From NCBI GenBank assembly GCA_030295235.1, contig AP026127.1:62001-126000 (forward strand): DNA of 64,000 nucleotides, given 5' to 3'. The notes below the pieces were generated by a model, which worked only from the letters and a program-made list of their open reading frames with translations, searched no databases and was not told the origin of the DNA. Of the stretch, positions 35,983-48,599 are shown piece by piece; the first letter of the stretch is position 1; every line of letters begins with the position of its first letter. This DNA is from Fistulifera solaris. Its lineage: Eukaryota. The position numbers and the translations under genes are program-made.

Positions 35983-38091
35983 ATGCGCCTTTCGACCATG
36001 GGGATCCCCCCCGAAACAAACCAAAACCACGACGACGGCCAAGGGCAGTGGATCCAAAACACCGGTAAAACGAAAACAGGAGCCACTGGCACAAGTGATG
36101 CTGAAGAAACCAGGTTCAAACACTCGATTTTGGCAAAGTTCTCCATCTTGGATGAAGAGGCCAACATTTACACCGATGTGCAACGATTCACCGCAGCTCT
36201 TCTCGGTCATCTACCCGGCGCAAGCATGTTATCCATGAACGAAAAACACTCTATCCACAGTATGGATCAATTCCCCACGACGCCCCCAGTCATTCTGTCG
36301 TTTTTCGACATCAAACAAGAACTCCGTGAGAATCCGACAACGCCGATCAAAGGTTATCATACCATCCGTTTCAAAGTGGAAACCCAGCGCACCTTTAGCG
36401 CCGTTAAAAGCAACACGTTCTTAGAGCACATTCAAGAACACCGCATCTTCATCAAAAGCACCAATGCCGAAACCAACAAGTACGTTAAAATGGGAGTCAT
36501 TACCATGCGCCACACCAAGATCACCAGCACTTTCGAAATCAATCGCCTAGTTCGAGACGCCATTGATACCCATTTCCAGCAGCTCAGCGACAACAATAAC
36601 GGCAATGCAACCACTGCTGACGGCTTGAACCCCAATGTTACCTCCCATGTCTTTGTGCTTCCAGAAAAACCAAACCACACGGTGCCCAGCACGAACCCGA
36701 ACGATCCTAATGCTACCGAACGCATCGAAACACATCTATTCTGCGTCTACACCAAAGCAGAATATGCAACCAAGTTGGCAACATACCTCTCCGCAGAAGG
36801 TGTCTTCGAAGACCACATTCACGGACACTTCACACCCTGGTGTGTCCGCCATTCAAAGCACTTTTCGGCCAGATTCTCCGCAAACACAATGCATTTCTTT
36901 TAAATGTTCGCACATTTGTCATTGAGGGAGTAACCAAAGAACTCATGTTCTCTCCGTCGGGACGCACCATCAATGGCGACGTCGTACCATGCGCTGCTGA
37001 ATTCGCGAACATTGTGGGCTCCACTCGACCGCCCAGCATCGAATGCATTAGAGGAGTACTATGACCGCGACGCAACCCAGCCCATCTGTTTCGCCCCCCA
37101 GAACCGACTAAACTCACCGCCACTCGTGGACGCTGGCTCATTCCGTACTTTCCCGATGAAAACAATACGGCGAAAACCCTTCTCGAAGAAATTATTGTCA
37201 CCTGGAACATAGCTGACCCGAAAGCATTCGAAGAGTTGCAACGCCCCGGAAATCATCAATAAGGAGCAGAGCCAACCAAAACCAAACCCAGCACAACACT
37301 ACATCGATATCTACAGCAGCAAGGGTACTGTCCCAGCAGAGGTTCGACTCAATCCGAGCAAGTACAACACATACAACACCACGCGATCTCCTCCAGTGGT
37401 GATCAACATTCCAACAAACCCAGTAACCACTGGCAACCGCACATGGTCACAGGTTGTTCTCGGACACTCAAACCTACGGTCGCTCCACAAAATTCGGCTC
37501 CTGCTCAAATTCTTAAACCGCCGGCCGAAGTCTTCACTGCAGGCGGCAGCTACAGCAACGACACAACAGGACGAAACCAGTCTCAACCAGACTGTCAACA
37601 CATCACGTTCTGACTTGGAAAGCATGATCAGCAAATTGACTGCCGACCAAGCCCTATACAATCAACGACAACGTGAAGTCGAACAATCCATCAATGAACT
37701 CAGAGCAAGCATGGGCGCTTCAGCGCCCACGGTTTCACAACAGCAGGTACACACGACCGAACAGCTTCAGATGATGAACTTCCTCTCCCAAGGCATGACT
37801 TCTATCATGAAAAGTCTCAACATCCTTCCCCCAGCTCAGCAGTCAGCACTATTGAGCACTGCTATAGTCCCAGTTGTTGACGAGAACCAAACTGAGGATG
37901 TTCAGATGGAAGCAGCATCGCTCAGCGGTTCCAAGCGATCCAAACCCGCCACCCCACAGCGAAACGACACTTTGCCTAGTAATGATTCATTCTACTCGGC
38001 AACTCAGCCACCGGCAACCCCTACAAGAGAGCCGGCGCAACCCACCAATCTCTTTCAAGAAGGCCCCGCATCCGAGGATAGCGGCGCTTAA
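35983..38091 (+). CDS. LINE ORF1 protein (frameshifted)
   Basis: Chain of same-strand ORFs from ATG 35983 to stop 38091, with a coiled-coil-like, low-complexity C-terminus. It sits directly before ORF2. Confidence 0.7.
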
Positions 38092-38097
38092 CAGTCA

Positions 38098-41000
38098 ATG
38101 AGTTCCCTAGGGAACTCCACGGGTGGTCGAGAGGCCACCCACTCCAGCACACTATATCATCACACTAACAACGGCGATACTCAACCAGAGATCGACCCAG
38201 AACCACCTCCGATCCACAACCCCTACTCCCGACCCCAGGGAGAGCCACCGCCCACATCATCAGAACCCAACCACCATTTTGGGGATGACATCTACTTTAA
38301 AACCAAAGGTGTTTATCGCCACATCGGGGGAAATGTCAATGGTATATCCTCCAAAGACAAATTCGCCGATGTCACCGCACTCAGTATTCACGCGATCACA
38401 TGCAAAGCCGACGGGCGAGCTTCATCGAAACCAACATCAACTACGAACGCGATGGCATAGCGCACAAAATCCGCAACAAATTGAAACCAGCATGGCATAA
38501 CAACGTCCACGATGATCCATAGCAATGCTGACATTAAAACAACAAACTACTACCAACCAGGGCGGGAGTATGCCAAGTCATTGGCGGCAGATGGACTCGT
38601 CGCACAACCTGCTCTACTGCTGATCCATCGGGATTAGGCCAGTGGACGTACCAAACACTATCCGGTCCCAATAACAAACAACTAACCATCATTACGGCAT
38701 ACCAAGTCTGTCAAGGCGGCGATAACTCTGGTGAGCACACAGCGTGGCTTAAACGGCAATCAGTACTTACGCGGAACGACCCTGAGAACGACAACAAATC
38801 CCCCAACCCACGCCATCATTTTGCTGCAGACCTCACAAACCTCTGCCGCAAACTCATCTCCCAAGGACAGGCCATACTGGTGTTTATCGGCAGCCAATAG
38901 CAATTTCGAGGATGGAAGCTCATGGCTACACGAATTCCTCAACCGCACGGGCATGCACGACGTTTACAATCACCGCCATGGATACAGTACGAACCCGCGA
39001 CATACACAAGAGGCACCAAGCGCATTGACTTCATGTTTACCACCACCGAGCTACTACCGTATATCGATGCTTGCGGATACACTCCGTTCCAGAGCTTCAG
39101 CGATCATCGCATAATGTATTGTGACCTTCACCTCGTCCGATTCTTTCAAGACGACAGCGGCTCCAAGTCAGGACGATGACACAACACGCTATATTTACAG
39201 TAAATACAAAAAGATGCGAACTGAATACAAAAAGAGGTGCTGACGCGACTAACACACCAGCAGTATGAAGAAACAATCAACAACCTCGCAGAAGCGGCAA
39301 TGCAGCACGGTACCCTATCACCAGAGCAATATAGCCAGCTCGACGAAGTAGATAGACTCATCACTGCCACCATGGTTTCAACGGAAAAGCAAATGCGCCG
39401 TCACCATTCACATCCATGGTCACCAACACTCATCCGTCACATCAAAGCCTGCCAATATTGGAAATCATGGATCAAAGAATTAAGAACCACCATCGATCAA
39501 AGCGGGGCAACGTGCAGAGATCCTTCTCCTGTTCGAGGACACATCCCAGTTCCCTTTGGAGAGCCGACCTTAGCCCAAGCACAACGCGAGTATCGACGCA
39601 GCAACGCAAAACTCAAATTGATGTTTCGAAATGCTGAAAAATTGCGAGAACAGTGGCTTCTTGACCAAGAAGATGTAGCCCGAGATGCTGGAGAAAAAGC
39701 CAAAGCCAATATTCTACGCAATATCAGGAAAGCAGAGGCAACTGCGAGGTCCTACCAACAACTCCGACAAATCGTTCACGGCCGCACCGCCGGGAAACTG
39801 AAATGCGTACTGATACCGAAGGAAGATGGATCGTTCGAGCGTCTCAAAACCAAAAGAACTCATTGAGACACTCATCGCACGGAACATCGCACACTTCAAC
39901 CAAGCCGAAGGCACTGCATTCACAGGACGTCATATACAGCACATCTGTGCAAATACTTTCTCTGCAGCACTTCAACAGCTACATGAGCTCACTGGACACG
40001 GAGACGGGCGTTTGATGCAATCCTCGACGAACTACTTGACCTCTCCACCACACAAGAATGCAACGGACTTATTTCGGGAGCAGAGCTCATGGGCAAATTC
40101 AAATACTGGCGAAGCAACATCCACCTCTCCATCAGGTTGCCATCTCGGTTTGTATCGATCGATCTTGAAAGGCGACAACCCACAAATAGGAACACCTTCA
40201 CTCCTACAAGAAGAGCCAAATCACGGCGACATCTTTTTCGATTGCCTTGCTAAGATCATCAACATCTGTGTACGAACTGGACACATTCTACCCCGATGGA
40301 AATCAGTTACCAACGTTATGCTTGAGAAGATTCCAGGTCAACCGCTGCTTCCCAAATTGCGTGTCATCAACATCTTTGAGGCTGATTTCAACGCATGGGC
40401 TGGTCTGATCTTTTCACGCCGCCTCATCTACCACGCAGAACGACTACACGCTTTCGGGGAATGAACAAGGCGGATCACGTCAAGGGCGCACTTGCATCGA
40501 TGTATACGCAATGAAATTTCTTTCATTTCAGATCTCCCGAAACTACCCGGACACCTCTTGCAGTGATGGACAATGACGCCCAAAGCCTGCTACGATCGAA
40601 TAGTCATGGCGCTCGCATACCTACGGAGTCAACAACTGGGCATGGATCACAGCGCATGCCGCCTTCTTGAAAACTTTCTCAGTCAGGCCCAATACCACAT
40701 TCAGACCCAGCATGGAATCTCAAACCAATCCTACTCTTCTACTGCAGATACTAAACTACATGGACCAGGCCAGGGCAGTCAGTGCTCTCCAGCGATTTGG
40801 ACGCTAGTCAGCACTCTCATCCTCCAGGCTGTCCGCCGCGCAAATCCCCAGGCACAGTATTCACTGACCCGCGACAGCAACTCACAGTAGCTCACTACAT
40901 GCAATCCTTTGTTGACGATAGCTCCATATGGGTGAACGATTTCTTACACAGTCTCCGAGGGAAGACATTGATCTTTCGTCGCTCACAGCAACACTAGAAA

Positions 41001-43929
41001 CGGTAACGCAATGGTGGGAACAATTACTTGTCACAACCGGAGGCAAACTGGAGCTCCCAAAATGCTTTTTCTACATCAACCATTGGCAGTTCTCAACAAC
41101 CGGTGCTGCGCAACTGGCGAGCAATACCGACCATAACCTCCGTGTAACCATCCGACCAGAGCACAGACGGCCAAACAGTTGACATCCGCCGATTGGAATC
41201 CAACGATTCACATAGGACGCTCGGCTTCCAAACAAAACCAAGCAACGACTTCGAAGACCAATACCGAATTCTACTTGACAAGAGCGTAAAACTCACACGA
41301 CAACTGCGCACACATCGCTTAGATCCCACCACCGCCAGCAGAGCATACCACTCAATTTTTCTCCCACGAATATCATATGCACTGAACCTCTGTGGTATCT
41401 CCGAGGCAAAATTAGCGAAAGTGCAATCTCCAGCATTAACAGCAATTCTGCAATTCCTAGGATACCCCAGATCGTTCCCTCGAACCATTGTCTTGGCGAA
41501 TAAACAACAAGGCGGACTGGGATTCTCGTCGTTATATACAGAACAAGGTATACTCAACATAACCTTCATCATGCGTCATCTTCGCCAGAACTCACAGCTA
41601 GGAGACATGATCCGTATTCAACTAAGATGGTTCCAACAGTTTGCAGGGGTCTCCTACCTACTCCTCGAAAAACCGTCACAACCTCTTCTATATCTTCCGA
41701 GCACATGGTTTAATGAACTCCGAGCCTTTCTCTCCAAAGTCAACGGCAAAATTCTCTTACCCGGGGAATGTAAACCGTCTGTGTATCGCCAATGTGATGA
41801 ATTCATTATGGATAAGGCTGCCTCACTCGGCTTCACCAACTCGGAGCTCGACCACCTCAACAGAATCCGACTTTTTCTCAAAGTGGAGCGCATTTCCGAC
41901 ATCACAAATGTTACTGGAGACATACTCCACATTCCACTCAAGCGCAACCCTCTTCCTACCGATCTCAGTTCCATTACCACGACTCTTTGGCCTCGACAAC
42001 TCAACCCAGGCAAACCTAGCTGGCGAATTTGGAAGTACTTTCTGTCTCTCATTACAACAGATGGCAAGCGGCTCCGCTCGATTAGGACCCTGGCTCCCTC
42101 GACAATACGAGCGTGAATGGAGTGCAGTATCACGATATCGAAGCCGATGTGGTGCTTTGCCGCCGCGGCATCGGGATGGACAATTCATACGTACCAAACT
42201 GGGCGAAGAGGAGTTACACTATCCAACGCCATCAACACCACAATTACATTGCCAGCCAACTACATTCCAGTCCAATCACCGACCCCACCAGGTAGAATCT
42301 ATCACATTCCACACCACGTACCACCCGCTCCCCGAACAAAACCAGCACCAACATGGCCGACATATCTTACAACACTCCCAGCCTGGGAATCTGACCTAAT
42401 CTCGAACACTACGGAATTAGTCGAAAACAATAGACTTCTCCACACACTCCATCACCGAGAACAAACACTCTACATAGTATCCGACGGGGGATGTGACAAA
42501 CACGCGGAAGCTTCGGCTGGGTCATTGCCGACGAATCTCGCATACTATGGGAGGGTTGGGGAATTGCGCACGGAAATCCGATGTCATCTTACAGAGCGGA
42601 AGGCTATGGGAGACTGGCAGCCATCCGATTCCTCCTTCACTATGCGACATATCTTGACATTACACCACCAGGCGACATTCGAATAGAGACGGCGACGGAT
42701 AACAAAGCCTTACTCCACCAGGAGGCGCGAGTGGCGCGCAGTCTCAATACCAAATCCTTACCGACAACTCAAACCAGATATTGACATCTTACTCCTTCTG
42801 AATGACAGCTGGCACCAACTTAATCGAAACACAAACCACGACATGTCAAAGGCCACCAGGATGACCATCAACAACAACATCTCCTCCCTTGGAAAGCACA
42901 ACTTAATATACGAGCCGATCAACTTCGCCACCTACGCTCTTGACACGTACCCAGTCAAGCCCGAATGTCATCCGACGGACAACCTACCACATCTATATCT
43001 AAACGGTAAATGGATCACCAGCAAATTTCCCGAGAACTCCGCGCGCCGCAACCCGAAATGTCAATAAAGCGAACTTAGCCAAAATTGGTCTTAGTGAACC
43101 ACTCAATCGATCGGTCAACTGGGAGGCGTTTAACACGGCTCGCAACCGACTGCAACCGTCCCATCAGGCATTCGCACTCAAAGCACTTTACCGACTGGAA
43201 TCCAACGAACTCCAAAACGTCACCGTGAAAATCCGGCAATATCCTCCAAGTGCCCCCACTGCGAGTGGGATTCTGAAGACCTCGATCACGTATTACAATG
43301 CACAGCACTCCAGCATTGGCGTGTCACATTTATGGAAAAACTCAACACAGCCTTCGACAAGGCAAGCACCCCACCAGCATTCCAGGAAGCGCTTTGCTCA
43401 GACATATCACACTGGCTTCACCGGCAGCCATTATTCGGATTCACGACCATGTCCAGAAATCCCAGTTCGACTAATATTGCGAGGAATTGTTCCAAAACAA
43501 TGGGAAACCATCATCAACTCGCACTATGAAGACAATGAACTTCTGGATCATCGCACTACAGGTCGGACGTGGACCACAAACCTCATTCAACTCATCCTTC
43601 AACAAACACAACTCGCCTGGAAGATCCGGACAACACTACAAAACGAGAAAACAGCCACAGCGGCGGAACGCGACTTCGAGTACAAGCACAGCACACAGTC
43701 CAACAACTTTACGCACTCATCCCACAATGCACACTCCGATACCCCTTCGGTAAAGCCACTGGAGGAAAGGCTTCAGCAATCAACAGAGGCCATCCAAACA
43801 TGGATTGACAATAATAGGGACAACATCCATCGCAGCCATACCAGATGGAAGCTCAGAAACCGTCTCAGGCAAACAGACATCAGACACTTTCTACAACGCC
43901 GCGTCAGGAGAAATCGGCGCAGGCGATAG
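38098..43929 (+). CDS. LINE ORF2 polyprotein: APE endonuclease, reverse transcriptase, RNase H, Zn-knuckle-like tail (many frameshifts)
   Basis: APE motifs GGNVNG, DPSGLGQW, TYTRGTKRIDF, SDHR. RT motifs KACYDRI, GPGQGSQCSP, SFVDD, GGKL, RTLG, QGGLG. RNase H motifs IVSDGG, SSYRAEGYG, TDN, HVKGHQD. C-terminal C..SEDLDHVLQC. Confidence 0.9.
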
Positions 43930-44769
43930 CCATCACACACACAACCCACAAAACACATTTCATCACCCGTTAAGTAGTACTCTGCTCTGGCAGAGCATCC
44001 GATTCAGTAATGGCGACTTTACCCGGTTCCGACTTGGTATGACCTCAAGCTTTTCTTGACGTTCCGACCTACATGGCGGAGTACCCAGAGCAAAGATAGG
44101 ATGTTAAACTAGTTTATTCATTTTTATTTTTATCCTTGAGTGGGCTCTCACGTTCAGCGCCAGACGACGTTGTTGCCCCATTCCTCAAGCTTGGATCAAT
44201 AGCCGTTTACTTCCATGAGCCTGATTGACGATAGCGATTGTGACAAGGACATTGTTTCGGCTAATCAATGATTGCTTTGCATCCGTTTTCGCGTTGAACA
44301 CTTAACACAGCACTCGATGAGCGCACGAATTCATTACGCCGTCCTCCAAGGTTTTATCAAGCCTGGTCTAAGTCGCGAGTCGTGACCGATCAAATTATGG
44401 TCTGCGAATGCGAGGGCCCTTTTCCACAAAAGACGGAACAGAATCCCATTCGCCGGGTGTCGGAAAAGCACCCTTAACTTCACGAGTCCGATGAAAGCCA
44501 AGTTCATGGGAATTGATCGGCATCGTCGTCTTCAGTTGCCAAGGAAGAGGTAGAGCGTTTGTTGTTATATGATTTGGAGGATCGTTCACGACAGAATATG
44601 GCAGATATTAGCTCTGTTGGCTGGGAAGAGCTTGCAAATTGGTTTCGTTAGCGTCTTGATGATTCAACTATTGCCATGACACACTAAAGTTCTTAACCAC
44701 CTTTTCGAAGCTTAATCATAAATTGCAGCTTATACACTTAATAACTAAACGGCTCTCATTAGACCCTAC

Positions 44770-45639
44770 TCAGACCACACATTCGCGGCAAAGAAATCAC
44801 CCGACGGGGTGTCGGCTTGAGGGCAACTCGTTTCATAAAACATTTGGAATTTGTCGGTTAGAACGTTGACATCCTTCCACGCACACAAGTTCTGGTTGAA
44901 GGATACACCTCATAAAACATAAAGAACATGTCCGCTACTTTGCTTGTATCCCACGAGCTCACATCTTGGTTGAACGATCCGGCGAGGTAAAACATTTCAC
45001 GCATGCTAGTGACTTCAGCCGTGTTCCACCGCCCAATATTTTGGTTGAACGTGTAGGCTGACGTAAACATACCCCTCATACTGGTGACTTTGGCCGCGTT
45101 CCAGTTGCCAATGTCTTGATTAAACAAACTTCCTTGGCTGAACATTTCTGTCATATCCGTGACAGCCGGCGTATCCCAGTCGCCCAAGTCCTTGTCGAAG
45201 GATTTGGCCGCTAGAACATTATATTCATGTCGGTTACGGACGTCCCATTCGCCGATATTTTGATTGAATCTGTTAGCTCCCAAGAACATGGCACTCATTG
45301 TGGTGACTTTGCTCGTATTCCATTTAGCAATGGGTTGATTGAATACGGAAGTATATAGAAACATTCGTTCCATGGTTGTGACAGAAGACGTATCCCAATC
45401 ATCGATGGGCTCATTGAATGACTCGTCATCTTCGAACAGAAAACTAAAATCGGTAGCTTGAGAAACATCCCAGCAATTGGGCACCGGCCCCGATCGTGCA
45501 CTGGAGTAAGCGACAATGGCGGACCGCAGCTCGGCTTTGTCGGCGAGCACTCGTCTTCCGTCGGCTCGTGCGATCGGCCACACAAGAATAGGTCGTTAGC
45601 ACAAAAGGAGAAGAAAAGAGAACCTTGGTTGACGTACAT
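44770..45639 (-). CDS. DUF285/BspA-like repeat protein (frameshifted)
   Basis: N-cap PVPNCWDVSQATDFS, about 8 FNQxIGxWxTxxVTxM repeats, and a C-cap TSCPQADTPSGDFF nearly identical to the gene at 3177. Confidence 0.85.
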
Positions 45640-46319
45640 GTTTGTTAGCTTATCTCTAGCTGGTGTCAGAAACAACGAAACAACGTTGAATCAAAGAAAA
45701 GATCAAACAAACCGAACAATCTATTTATAATAGCGCGCTGTGTCCGTGTGTGTCACGTAACGTAACGCTGGTCCCGGGTGTCCGAATCACGGGTGTGACG
45801 CTATCCCCGGGGATCGAGCCCCCGCTTGCGGGAAGGGCGAGAACGAAAAAAGCCCGCAGGGGCTAGACGCTCGAAGGCGGCTACTAAAAAATAAAGTAGA
45901 TCGATCTTGTTTGCAAAACACTTACCAGTATTGCAAAACATTTGCGAAACACGGCCCCATGCGCGCTTTTCGCGCATTGTTTTAGTAGCGAGAAACACAT
46001 CATCTCGTCGATCATGAATAGTGCGTCAAGACGGCTGACAGACAGTCCGACGCGGGTGATTATCGATTGATTATTACGGAGTATTTTCTTCTTCGTGATC
46101 TTTTTCTTTGTGCGCAAAAAGATGCGATCATTATTATTTCATTTCATCATTTCCTTGTATGACTCGTCCTTAACACTCCAACAAAGAACTAGTTGGTGAG
46201 AGGAGTTACCTGGTACAATCTGATATCGTTCTTTAAGCGTGGCGTACACAAAAAAGACCAACTGCCGGTCAAAGACTTTGGATCTGCGGCTTATTCGAAA
46301 GAGACGAAGGAGAGGAGTC

Positions 46320-46943
46320 ATGATTCTACAGCGACACGTATTATCTACCGTTCGGCACCTCTGTTCCCGAGGTTTCGCCACAGCAACTTTCAAAGAGCAG
46401 GCTACTTTAAAATGGTTCCGAACGGTTGTACTGGGCGAAAAATTGTGCCCTTTTGCTCGGCCCTTCCAAGAAAATGGCATGCTACGAATCATATCCTCGA
46501 AAGCAAATACACTTCAGGAAGCGATGGACGAGATACATCGCGAAGTGGAAGAACTTGTGGGAGAGAACCGTCAGCGTACTCACGAGTCGACTTTGATTGT
46601 GTTTGACGATCGGCAAGAAATGGCTCTCCATTTCGTTCACTTTACGGATCTTCTCAAAGAGGCTCGAGGAAACTACCGCGACCTTGTTGATTTGATTCCA
46701 TTTCATCCGCGAAATAAACACGCAAACTTGAAAGGTAAAGATGTACCGAACGAAGAGCCTTTCGATTACTCGTTTCGGTCTCCATTCCCTACCATTCATC
46801 TCCTTCGTGAAGAGGATATCATGAAGTCGGAACGTGCGGGTGACACGGACTACATTCGCCGGCGCAATCGAGACCGATTTCATCGACAAGGACTCGACGT
46901 ATGTCGCGAGCGATTGCAAGCTTGCTATGATGTCGAGAAGTAG
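46320..46943 (+). CDS. DUF1415-family protein, possibly organelle-targeted
   Basis: Motifs W..VVLGEKLCPFA, STLIV, FHP and RSPFPTIHLLRE. The Arg/Ser-rich N-terminus MILQRHVLSTVRHLCSRGF resembles a mitochondrial presequence. Confidence 0.8.
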   Translation: MILQRHVLSTVRHLCSRGFATATFKEQATLKWFRTVVLGEKLCPFARPFQENGMLRIISSKANTLQEAMDEIHREVEELVGENRQRTHESTLIVFDDRQEMALHFVHFTDLLKEARGNYRDLVDLIPFHPRNKHANLKGKDVPNEEPFDYSFRSPFPTIHLLREEDIMKSERAGDTDYIRRRNRDRFHRQGLDVCRERLQACYDVEK

Positions 46944-47031
46944 CATTCACAATGGCGTTCTTTCTCATATCGTCGATCTTGTCCTTTATAACAAGAATCT
47001 ATATGCATAGACCGAAGTAGTTCAATTGACG

Positions 47032-47512
47032 CTATTCTACTTTTAATTTAGAGCATCTTGTGACTTCACCCTTATCCTCCTCGAAAGCAATAGTAAAATT
47101 ATCGTTAAGCGACGAGACAAAAATGTCGGTCAGAGTCGATAATAACACTCCACTTCGACAAGTGTCGTGGCTATGCTGCAACAGTGCTGTGTAAAAGAGC
47201 CTTACTTTCAGAATATCATTGTCGACTGTTCGACAAGACTGAACGCCGTGGTAAAATCGGTTGAAGGAAAGTGCTTCGATAATCAACTCGCGGTTCGAAC
47301 ACTGCCAGTCTCCCGGTCAGCGCCACTTTGACTTCCGGATGTGTTTTGACCAACTTCATCAAGGCATGCGCAAAGGTGCCGTCGAGGGTCCGAGGGGTAC
47401 GGTACGGAAACGTCCACCGGTAAATCCACAGGAAGGTGATTCCGCCGAGTAGAAAAGCGAGAACGATCACCATTGCAAGCGCCACGTCATCTGCCACTGA
47501 CAAAGAATACAT
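47032..47512 (-). CDS. Hypothetical single-TM protein (one frameshift)
   Basis: ATG ORF with a hydrophobic helix (VALAMVIVLAFLLGGITFLWIY), continued by the overlapping ORF 47286..47032. Confidence 0.35.
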
Positions 47513-48030
47513 CGAAGAGATGATTGTCGCTGAAATGGCAACTTTACAAACGCTATTGCACCGTTTTTATGATCCAGGATCGAACGAATTTGAATTTCTC
47601 GACGGTCATGTCAAAGAATTTTTATTTTCACTCGTACTTCTCTCTGTACTACTCTTTATTTCACAGTAGTCGCATGTGTACATAAGGGGTACTGGTGCGA
47701 CAGTTGGTCGTTACAGAAATATGGAGCGATGACGAGACGTGCACGTGAGATTTACCTGGTATACGTATTGTACTGTATTCTTTGAATGTTTTCGACAAAA
47801 ACGAAAAGACGACACATTTCGACCATTTGAAGGTTTTGATGCGAGCACTTTCCACGCAACAACGATGATAAACGCGCACAAATTTGCTTTTCACGCTTTA
47901 GCATCTTCGCTACCATGCCTCTCGGTTTCAAGTTCCACGCTCGTAAAAGATCAGTTGAGACTGAGTCGTCGTTCTCATTTTCGACGACTTCGTTCTTCAA
48001 AAGAGATTCTCACTTTTCAAGAGGAAAAAA

Positions 48031-48537
48031 ATGCCACAACGCAAAACGGTCTCCTTTTATCCGATGATCCGAATGCGCAGGGTGGAGCGCCATGATGAAG
48101 AATCTGCCTCCGAACTTTGGTATAGCCTTGCCGATGTCCGTGCTTTTACGGTAGCCAATTATGGCGCAGTCAAGCAGTATCGTGAAAACGCTTTCATGGA
48201 GTCTTCCATGGAGACGTTTATGGGTCTGGAGTGCCTTTTGAAAAAACAGGAAATGAAGCAGAAGCGGGATTGCATATACAATGCCGTTTTACAAGCTCAA
48301 AGGTATTACCATGGTCAAGGGTCGGCCAACATTCCAGAGCAAATCGCTACTGTGTACAAGGAGACTATGGCGATCTTCTCCTATGAACAGACGAATGACG
48401 CAACTGCACAACTCGCGAGTATGGAAATCTTCTCATACGAACAGGCGAATGATGCAACTGTACAACTCTCGAGTATGGAAATCCTCTCCTACAAACAGGC
48501 GAATGACGTAACGGCACAACTCGCGAGTAGTCTTTAG
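48031..48537 (+). CDS. Hypothetical diatom-type protein with 3 x 18-aa C-terminal repeats
   Basis: KTVSF...ELWYS...GLE pattern that I recognise from diatom hypothetical proteins. 54-bp tandem repeats encode M(A/E)I(F/L)SY(E/K)QxND.T.QL.S. Confidence 0.6.
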   Translation: MPQRKTVSFYPMIRMRRVERHDEESASELWYSLADVRAFTVANYGAVKQYRENAFMESSMETFMGLECLLKKQEMKQKRDCIYNAVLQAQRYYHGQGSANIPEQIATVYKETMAIFSYEQTNDATAQLASMEIFSYEQANDATVQLSSMEILSYKQANDVTAQLASSL

Positions 48538-48599
48538 TTACTTATGAATAGCACGGCAAACCGAGTCAGCTTACAATATCATTGCTTTCGCTTGGCGCA

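Larger units (their letters stand above)
35864..44131 (+). mobile_element. Full-length non-LTR retrotransposon (LINE) with APE endonuclease, RT and RNase H
   Basis: Flanked by an exact 17-bp direct repeat ATCCTTGAGTGGGCTCT (35847..35863 and 44132..44148). T-rich TTTTTA-type 3' tail. Two long ORFs. Confidence 0.92.
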
